Assembly: GCA_040007395.1 (NCBI GenBank)
Contig: JBDTVG010000179.1
Span: forward strand, 1 to 61,566
Source of the DNA: Chloroflexota bacterium
GTDB taxonomy: Bacteria > Chloroflexota > Anaerolineae > Aggregatilineales > UBA2796
Direction of reading: 5' to 3'
DNA: 61,566 nucleotides
Part shown: piece after piece, positions 54,920-61,566 of the stretch
How the letters are laid out: every line of letters starts with the position of its first letter
Position numbering within the stretch: position 1 is the stretch's first letter
The notes under the pieces: generated by a model
Database searches by the model: none
What the model was told of the DNA's origin: nothing
Seen by the model: the letters and a program-made list of their open reading frames with translations, nothing else
Program-made: the position numbers and the translations under genes

Positions 54920-56896
54920 TTAGCCGGAAAAGCGTACATTATCTCGATCAGCCAGAGTAGGATCTGCCAGTGGCAGTGTGAAGTGGAATGTGGTTCCTTG
55001 TCCGGCTTGACTCTCAACCCAAATTCTGCCGTTTTGCAGTTCGATAAAGCGTTTGCTAATGTGCAATCCCAGACCTGTCCCGCCGAATTCACGGGTAATC
55101 TCTTGTGAGCCTTGAAGGTAGGGCGTGAATAGGCTTTCCAGCACTTGTGGTGAAATGCCGGGTCCGGTATCGGCAACTGCAAAATGCAGCATCGTTGTTT
55201 CGGGATATACACTCAACGTGATGCTACCTGTAGTCGTAAACTTCACAGCATTTCCGACAATGTTAGTCAGCACTTGCGTGAGCCGTAAATCGTCAGCCAA
55301 GATAGCAGGTAATGAAGTACTGTATGCTGTGCGAAACTCTACGCCATTTTGGAGGGTGATCAGTGCGTTTTGGTGTACCTGTTCCAAAATAGGCAGCGGA
55401 TCAATCGCTTTGACGGCAATCTCCATTTTTCCCGCTTCAATTTTGGCAAGATCGAGTACTTCATCCACTAACTTCTTGAGAAGTTGTGCATTGTATTCGA
55501 CATCCACAATATCCAATCGATAGGCTTCTGGCAGAGGGATGTTCTGAAATGTCTCAGGGAAATTCAAGACGAACTCAGTAGTATGCAGGATATTGCTCAC
55601 AGGGTTTCTAATCTCATGGCTCATGTACGTGATAAACTGTGTTTTGGCGGCGTTGGCTTGCTGGGCCTCTTCGAATAGCTCGGCATTGCGGATGGCGATG
55701 GCAATTTGCCGAGCCAGGATCTGGAGTACTTCAATATCAGCGGCAGAAAACGCATTGAGTTGATCACTCTCAATATCGAGTACCCCTACGAGTTTTTCTT
55801 CGGATGTACGGACAAATAAGGGGATCGTGACTTCAGATAATGTTTGTGGGAATAACGCATCATAGGCAAATCGGCTATCCTTGCGGACATCAGCGACCAT
55901 AACCACTTCCCGCAGGACAGCCGCAGCCCCGACTAAACTGGTGATATCTAAAGCGTGCTGCCGACTATCCGTCGAAGTAAGCGGCGGAAAAGTTCCCGCA
56001 GCAGCACGTAAGATAAGGGCTTCTTGTGTACCATCGTAGAGGTAAACGGCAACGGCATAGTAGTCGAAAGTCTGCTGGATTTCCTCAACCATCACTTGCA
56101 ACAAATTATCTAAGGTCAAAAATGCAGTTATGTGCTGCCCTACACGTGTGATGGCGCTTAGTTGCTCAGCGCGATAGGATAGCTTGCGGTTGAGTTGCGT
56201 TAATGGATCAAACAATCGCTGCTGTAGCACTGGCCCAGCCAAAATGAGCACACTTAGCGTATAAAGATTGGCTCCTACCGAGAATTTAGGCAGAATATCG
56301 GTGATATAGGCGAAGCCCGCAACATGCAATAATATCAACCCCAAAAATAATCGTCGGTTAGTGTTCAGTGATGCTCGCTTAATTTCCGTGAGCAGGATAA
56401 GAAACGAATACCCATTAATGATTTCGCCAAGGGCCAACAAGACTAATCCTATCGTGCTTGTTGAGCGTTCCAGAGTTCCGTTAGGAAAATAGCTTACTTG
56501 GGGAAACAATAAATTCTGACTGCCAAAAACGGCAACGACGAATACATAAATCACTATCAATCTAACCACAATTCGTTGCGAAAAAGTCCATGCAATGAGG
56601 AATTCCAGGACAAAGATTAGGGTAAATAAGGGGATCGTCGATAAGGCTATTGCTGCCATATTGAAGTACGGTAGCAAGTGAGGTGGATCGAGGCGACCGA
56701 CAATGTCGATAACGCAATTCATTAGCCCAAAGCAGCCAATACAAAAGACCAGTGCGGCGAAGGCCTGTCCTTTGGTATCTCGTGTGAGCTGAAATAAAAC
56801 AAGCATTACCACCGAAAAGCTGGTGATGGCGGTGAGCGCTTCGGACAGCAGTACTAAGCCTGCAAACCACTGCCCAACTTCGGTGAGCTGTACCAT
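54920..56896 (-). CDS. Membrane sensor histidine kinase (polytopic N-terminal sensor, GAF domain, HisKA, HATPase_c).
   Basis: Six or more N-terminal TM helices, H-box HEIRNPVSNIL, G-boxes GTGLGLHISKRFIELQNGRIWVESQAGQGTTF. Confidence 0.85.
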   Translation of the reverse strand: MVQLTEVGQWFAGLVLLSEALTAITSFSVVMLVLFQLTRDTKGQAFAALVFCIGCFGLMNCVIDIVGRLDPPHLLPYFNMAAIALSTIPLFTLIFVLEFLIAWTFSQRIVVRLIVIYVFVVAVFGSQNLLFPQVSYFPNGTLERSTSTIGLVLLALGEIINGYSFLILLTEIKRASLNTNRRLFLGLILLHVAGFAYITDILPKFSVGANLYTLSVLILAGPVLQQRLFDPLTQLNRKLSYRAEQLSAITRVGQHITAFLTLDNLLQVMVEEIQQTFDYYAVAVYLYDGTQEALILRAAAGTFPPLTSTDSRQHALDITSLVGAAAVLREVVMVADVRKDSRFAYDALFPQTLSEVTIPLFVRTSEEKLVGVLDIESDQLNAFSAADIEVLQILARQIAIAIRNAELFEEAQQANAAKTQFITYMSHEIRNPVSNILHTTEFVLNFPETFQNIPLPEAYRLDIVDVEYNAQLLKKLVDEVLDLAKIEAGKMEIAVKAIDPLPILEQVHQNALITLQNGVEFRTAYSTSLPAILADDLRLTQVLTNIVGNAVKFTTTGSITLSVYPETTMLHFAVADTGPGISPQVLESLFTPYLQGSQEITREFGGTGLGLHISKRFIELQNGRIWVESQAGQGTTFHFTLPLADPTLADRDNVRFSG

Positions 56897-56909
56897 ATGT
56901 TTTCTCAGA

Positions 56910-57548
56910 CTATTGGGGATTTCTTACCAAGAACCAAGCATGAAGCCTGCCTCTAGGGGTATTCCCTTCTTCGGCAATATGAAAACCTACTCGCTGGTAA
57001 AACCGTAATGTTCGCGGATTCAAAGTTTCCAAGTAACACGGAAGTCCTGCGGCATCAGCGCGGGATAAGATAGGTTCCAGTAGGCGTACTCCGATACCTT
57101 GCCCTTGCAAGCGTGGATCGACCCCAATCATAAATAAATACCAGTGCGGGCTAGGCATCACACGTTTTCGAATTGCTTCGGCATAGTTAACAAAATCGAG
57201 AGCACGCAGTACTCGGCGCACACCAATGCGGATATAAGCACCCAATAATCCCGATCGGATCATTTTGTTCAACGGAATACTGGTGTGCCCAGGTTTCATC
57301 CATAGCGCTACGCCGTTGACCGAGTTTGGTGTGGTGTAAACTTCATCATATAGAAGCGCGTAGTTGAGTACGCGACTGTATAGATCAGGGAGCAGTTTGG
57401 CACGAAGGTCATCTTCGGGGATATAGTACTTCGGTGCAGGATCATCGAAGAATGACTTGGCTAGGATTTGGCTTGCTACCTTGATTTGGAAACGTTGCAG
57501 AGGTACGGATGCAGAATTGACCAGTTGAGTTGCCATTACAGTACTCAA
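56910..57548 (-). CDS. GNAT-family N-acetyltransferase.
   Basis: Acetyl-CoA binding-like RLQGQGIGVRLLE and the overall GNAT layout. Confidence 0.65.
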   Translation of the reverse strand: MSTVMATQLVNSASVPLQRFQIKVASQILAKSFFDDPAPKYYIPEDDLRAKLLPDLYSRVLNYALLYDEVYTTPNSVNGVALWMKPGHTSIPLNKMIRSGLLGAYIRIGVRRVLRALDFVNYAEAIRKRVMPSPHWYLFMIGVDPRLQGQGIGVRLLEPILSRADAAGLPCYLETLNPRTLRFYQRVGFHIAEEGNTPRGRLHAWFLVRNPQ

Positions 57549-57763
57549 AAAATAATGTGTAGTGCCGGTCGAGCAAACATGCAGAGCTATGCAAAGAGGT
57601 GCTTGCTACAGCAATAGTGTTGAGAGTTCATTGAAGAAAATAAAGCGGCAATAACTCTAACCATTGATTATACAATAAATCTTAGAAATTTTCTATAGAA
57701 AATATATTTTTCCTTAATTAGGCAACGCTCTATTGACTATTACTGATAAACTCAGGCGTATTG

Positions 57764-58471
57764 TCAGTTATTTGCAATGGGCCAAGAAATATGCCAGGTT
57801 GAGTTAGCGAGTTCCTGCCCACTGGTTAGCCACAAGTTGCCATTATGAACTTCGGCGATCCGCTGGCAGATCAATAAATCCAGCCCTAACTCGCTATCAG
57901 GATGAGCACGCAAGAAATCCCTTATCGGTACTTCGTGCGGTATCGCTGCACTTTGACCGTCCTGCACCGACACAATTACAAAGCGTTCGGCTGCTCGTAC
58001 TATGATATGAATTGTGTCATTATGGGCTAATCGAATCATGGTTGTGAGGAGAATATGTAGAGCTTGTTGGAGATAATCGCTATTGGCATCCAAGAGCGTT
58101 AAGTCATCTTCCATATCGAGAACAAGCTGACGATGAAGCGTATTGGCGAGTGGTTGTACTTCGTTGTAGACTCGCTGGATTGCATAGGCAATTTCAATTA
58201 CGGAGTGTTCCTGAGGCAAACTATCGATACTGACCAGCCCAAGCAATTTTTCAGCAATCGCCAGTACCCCTTCGGCAGCACCCCGCATTTGTGAGATGTT
58301 CTCCCGAACGAGCGGACTCACCTCACCTTCCGCTCCATATAAAATCGTATCAGCAAGTTGCATAATATCCGTTAGCGGTGTGGAAATTTTATGCCCAACA
58401 TTTTGTAGGAGTGTGCGTCTATCCTGTGGGCTGCTCATTTTAGTTTCCCAATAGCGGTATCTATCTATCAC
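57764..58471 (-). CDS. Soluble histidine kinase (HisKA plus HATPase_c only, no sensor or TM). Last gene of a three-gene coupled operon.
   Basis: H-box VGHKISTPLTDIMQL near the N-terminus. G2 box ELGLDLLICQRIAEVHNGNLWL. Confidence 0.65.
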   Translation of the reverse strand: MIDRYRYWETKMSSPQDRRTLLQNVGHKISTPLTDIMQLADTILYGAEGEVSPLVRENISQMRGAAEGVLAIAEKLLGLVSIDSLPQEHSVIEIAYAIQRVYNEVQPLANTLHRQLVLDMEDDLTLLDANSDYLQQALHILLTTMIRLAHNDTIHIIVRAAERFVIVSVQDGQSAAIPHEVPIRDFLRAHPDSELGLDLLICQRIAEVHNGNLWLTSGQELANSTWHISWPIANN

Positions 58472-59850
58472 TTCGAAAATGTTACAGTATACTGATACTG
58501 CGAGAACACTATCAATGTGGCATAGGGTTCACTGTGCCACGCAATATTCACCGTTAAATCGACCGCCTGCCCAGGCAGTACATCCGTTGCAGGGATTTCC
58601 GCTGCCATCTTGGGTCCTACCGGATAGTTCTGATACCCATAAATCACCTGCACAGCCTGATCATCAAGCCGCAAGGTAGTATAGTGGGTGTTGAAAATAC
58701 GCAACCGGAAAACAGCGACATTTTGTCGGGTTTCTACAGAAATGACCTCAACCCCTACATTGGGTATAACGGGAGTAGAGGTTAGAGTCGGTGTCGGCAT
58801 GTCCATTTTAGGCAGATCCAGTCCAGCGACAGATCCATTGCCGCTAAGCTCCAGATCGGCTAGATACTTGGCGATAACGACCATCCGGTTCGAGGTGGGT
58901 TCATTTGTATCGGGATCATGCTCACCAATGAGCGTGAGAACCAGCCCCGGACCACTCTGTTGGAATAAACTGGTATCGCTCCGGTTGACGACGTTCCGGG
59001 ACTCAAACGCGAAGCGCTGCGAAGTTCCGGTATTCATTTGCAAAACAAAAGTGGTGCCGTTGGTCATTTTCTCGAAGAGTGTTGCGTTTTCCGGTGACCA
59101 AGGGATACCCACTACAGGTCGGATAATCAAGCCGGATAGATAGGAGACGGTATCCGGATTCTCAGCGTAGTTCCATTCAGTCGTTTGGATGATTTTCCGC
59201 TGGACAATAAAAACACGCGGCTGTTTTTCAGTGTCCTGAATCACACGCAAATTGACTGGAAAAACTGTTGAACTTCGACTGCTTGTGTCGCCGCCCTGAA
59301 TAATGCTATCTTGGGCATCGAATGCCAATGGCGTTGGCGTTGGGCTGAAGATGGCGGTTATCGTTGGCTTCTGTATTGCTGTCCCCTTTAAGACGGCTTG
59401 ACCTTTGTTACGTGAGGTGTTGATGAAGATAAACCCAAAAACCAGCAGACTTAATCCCAGCATGAATAAGGTAACCATAGGGCGCTTTTTTGTTTGAGGC
59501 ACGTCCACTTCAAGGGCAGGTCGTACCACCTCAGCGTTAGCCGCTGCCGCGTCGCGTACCTGCTTGGGCACCCGAACCCAGATTTCGCCGTTAGGCAGAA
59601 CGGGTACCATATGTTCCTGTACATAGTATTGGTCGATGATCTGGTTGACCGCTTTTAACTCCATCGCGTCTGAGCCAACGACCCCTTCGCTGTGAATAAA
59701 CCGCTCATAAATCGCTCGATACTGTCGCTGGCGTTCCGTGGGAACCCCTTCCCAAAGGGCCTCAACTTCAGCTAGCGACAGGTGGCGTAGGGCTTCAATA
59801 GAATAATAGGTGAGTCCGTCTGGCTTGGTAACTGGGGTTAGTGTACTCAT
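58468..59850 (-). CDS. Single-pass membrane protein (460 aa) with a cytoplasmic N-terminal domain and a large extracytoplasmic beta-rich domain.
   Basis: TM helix MVTLFMLGLSLLVFGFIFI at about residue 125. ATGA overlaps with both neighbours. Confidence 0.45.
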   Translation of the reverse strand: MSTLTPVTKPDGLTYYSIEALRHLSLAEVEALWEGVPTERQRQYRAIYERFIHSEGVVGSDAMELKAVNQIIDQYYVQEHMVPVLPNGEIWVRVPKQVRDAAAANAEVVRPALEVDVPQTKKRPMVTLFMLGLSLLVFGFIFINTSRNKGQAVLKGTAIQKPTITAIFSPTPTPLAFDAQDSIIQGGDTSSRSSTVFPVNLRVIQDTEKQPRVFIVQRKIIQTTEWNYAENPDTVSYLSGLIIRPVVGIPWSPENATLFEKMTNGTTFVLQMNTGTSQRFAFESRNVVNRSDTSLFQQSGPGLVLTLIGEHDPDTNEPTSNRMVVIAKYLADLELSGNGSVAGLDLPKMDMPTPTLTSTPVIPNVGVEVISVETRQNVAVFRLRIFNTHYTTLRLDDQAVQVIYGYQNYPVGPKMAAEIPATDVLPGQAVDLTVNIAWHSEPYATLIVFSQYQYTVTFSK

Positions 59851-61532
59851 TCGCGGTAGCCTTCCTTGCCAGTAACTGGCATTTCAGTCGCTGTATTGAC
59901 TGGAACTTGCCGACTCCCATAAGCCGAAATATCGCTGGGCAGCATTCGCGCTGTGTGTTCAAGCCGCTGGGTGCTGGCGAGGCTGTCCTGCCAGGACTGA
60001 CCCCGTACCTCATGTTGATGATGAATGAGACTGTCGCGGCTCTCAGGAGACAGTTTACCGTCAGGATTGCTTTTTACCTCTTGAATGATATGTTCCACCG
60101 CTTTGCCAGACAGTCCCATGGTTAGCGCCTGATCCGCAAACATCTGGAACCGTGGCACATCCCGCTCGATAGGATCAATCGTTTTACCGTTACGCAGCAC
60201 AGGGGTGAGATCCAGCGCACCCGCCATGGCGGCGGAGATACCTGTATTATCCGTGCCAATGCGACCCGTTGCCGCATTCTCTTGTTGCAGGCTGTCAATG
60301 GCTTTGCTCATGACCAGTCCCACATTGTTGGAGCCATTTTGAGTCAGGCGGCCTTCCACCTGTTCAAACCGTTTTTGAGTATCTGCTGCCTGTACTGAAC
60401 GGCTCAGTAATTCAGCAGATCGCGTCAATGCGTCACCCGCTCTCATGGCAGTCGCTTCAAGCCGAGTGGCGGCTCCTTCTATCGCTTTGCCAGAACCATC
60501 ACTGCCCTCTGATTGGTTAGCGTTGCTGTTGGCGGCTAGCGTGCGCTGCATATCCTGCTGAATGGTTTCGTCCAGATTGCCGTCGTTGTTCAAGGGTAGA
60601 CTGTTGTTATTGGGATGCCCCTCATTTATTGATGACTGTACTGGCGTGAACTTTTCGTCCACCCCCCAGCCAGATAGCTTATCAATGGGGGCATCTCCAC
60701 GCCGAAAGGCATCTCCAGCCTCACCCCGCAGTGGTGAACCGCCTTGCCCACTCTTGGCTGCGGTGCCAGATTCCCAAGTTGGCCCCACCAGAGCATTTTC
60801 CATCAGTTGGCCGATGTTGGGACGCAGCATGGATCGCCGCCAATACTGATTTCCGGCTTCGTCGAGATAGGCCTCTTCATGTTGCGGATTACGATCAGTC
60901 AACAGGGCAGATCCTACGGATGGCCCCGCGAGTCGCTTAACGACACTGCCCGTGAGCGGTACGGCGCTAGTGATGCTTTCGCCAACCGCCTTGACGGAAG
61001 CCCCTTCGATGTACTGATTGGCGGCTTCCCCCAACGAGGTTTCACGTAAACCAGGTAAGCGCGTCAAGACGTAGGCCGCGCCATCTAATGCTTTGGTGCC
61101 GCCCATAGCCACACCTGCGGCTTGCGCCCAAGTACTGCCATTTGCTAGAGCGCTGTAGCCACCGGTTAATCCTCCTACACCATCCGCTATGCCCGTTCCT
61201 AACAGGGCTACACTACCGACCATGGCGCCGCCAGCGGCAAGCGCCAGATTTGCCGAGGCACCCGCCATCGTCCCCGGTGAAACAATAACATTGCCTGTGG
61301 CATTGCCAAAAGCCTCAAACAGCCGATTGAAGGCGTTCCAAACTGCCTTGAGGCCCGAAATGAGCAAGATGCCCATGACGAGTAGGCCTACGACGGAGAC
61401 TCCTAACGTAATGAGCGCACTACCTGTATTGGCAGCGGCGATATAAAGGGCAACGACCAGTGCTTGCAACAGCGCAATTACGATGGCTTGGATGATCAGG
61501 GCAAACCAGTGGTCAATAATCGCCCAAGCCAC
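59847..61532 (-). CDS. Gly/Ala-rich polytopic membrane protein (561 aa or more). The reading frame stays open upstream to the window edge, so the N-terminus may be incomplete.
   Basis: GTG start at 61532 with no in-frame stop upstream within the window. Two or three N-terminal TM helices, then long Gly/Ala/Ser-rich segments. Confidence 0.45.
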   Translation of the reverse strand: MAWAIIDHWFALIIQAIVIALLQALVVALYIAAANTGSALITLGVSVVGLLVMGILLISGLKAVWNAFNRLFEAFGNATGNVIVSPGTMAGASANLALAAGGAMVGSVALLGTGIADGVGGLTGGYSALANGSTWAQAAGVAMGGTKALDGAAYVLTRLPGLRETSLGEAANQYIEGASVKAVGESITSAVPLTGSVVKRLAGPSVGSALLTDRNPQHEEAYLDEAGNQYWRRSMLRPNIGQLMENALVGPTWESGTAAKSGQGGSPLRGEAGDAFRRGDAPIDKLSGWGVDEKFTPVQSSINEGHPNNNSLPLNNDGNLDETIQQDMQRTLAANSNANQSEGSDGSGKAIEGAATRLEATAMRAGDALTRSAELLSRSVQAADTQKRFEQVEGRLTQNGSNNVGLVMSKAIDSLQQENAATGRIGTDNTGISAAMAGALDLTPVLRNGKTIDPIERDVPRFQMFADQALTMGLSGKAVEHIIQEVKSNPDGKLSPESRDSLIHHQHEVRGQSWQDSLASTQRLEHTARMLPSDISAYGSRQVPVNTATEMPVTGKEGYRE

Positions 61533-61566
61533 TGGCTCAGTACGTTTGAAGAACGCGAACAGAATG

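Noticed and set aside
59847-61532. Calling the Gly-rich membrane protein a TrbL/VirB6-like T4SS component.
   Set aside because: Only composition and topology are suggestive. No diagnostic motif, and it is 18 kb from the T4CP with an RHS locus and a sensor histidine kinase between them.

Overview
This 61.6-kb window reads as bacterial chromosome with a long accessory region. The heavy use of FG-GAP/VCBS, PD40/TolB and YD repeats suggests a filamentous Chloroflexota-like organism, but that assignment is weak.

Housekeeping genes sit on the left (1-12.8 kb): a secreted FG-GAP repeat protein, a membrane fatty-acid desaturase, tRNA-Phe, a flotillin/SPFH protein, two Na+/H+-type antiporters (one paired with a P-II-like gene), the otsB-otsA trehalose operon, and a PA14 protein. 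A tRNA-Pro/Gly/Met cluster follows.

An apparent integrative, mobilizable element of about 28 kb (roughly 12.8-41.2 kb) starts directly at tRNA-Met, where a large serine recombinase gene overlaps the tRNA antisense. Its cargo includes an NB-ARC/TPR STAND NTPase with a small membrane-anchored partner that shares an N-terminal motif, a SLOG/inactive RNase H-like fusion, a Zn-ribbon-DUF559 endonuclease-like protein, a palindromic repeat array, and an E1-like (ThiF) plus candidate E2-like and ubiquitin-like cassette reminiscent of PRTRC. It also carries a MOSC protein, an N6-methyltransferase-SNF2 helicase giant, a PrimPol-like protein, a YjbR protein, a hairpin-rich candidate oriT next to a small relaxase, a VirD4/TraG coupling protein and an HU/IHF protein. 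No T4SS channel genes are present.

Right of two response regulators lies an 11.1-kb RHS/YD-repeat polymorphic toxin gene. It encodes two TolB-like propellers, an inserted FG-GAP module, a Gly-zipper and a C39-like peptidase tip, followed by a candidate immunity gene and an orphan RHS C-terminal fragment. A sensor histidine kinase, a GNAT, and a three-gene coupled membrane-protein/histidine-kinase operon end the window.

Every assignment comes from motif reading of the supplied translations and the DNA. No database searches were run.
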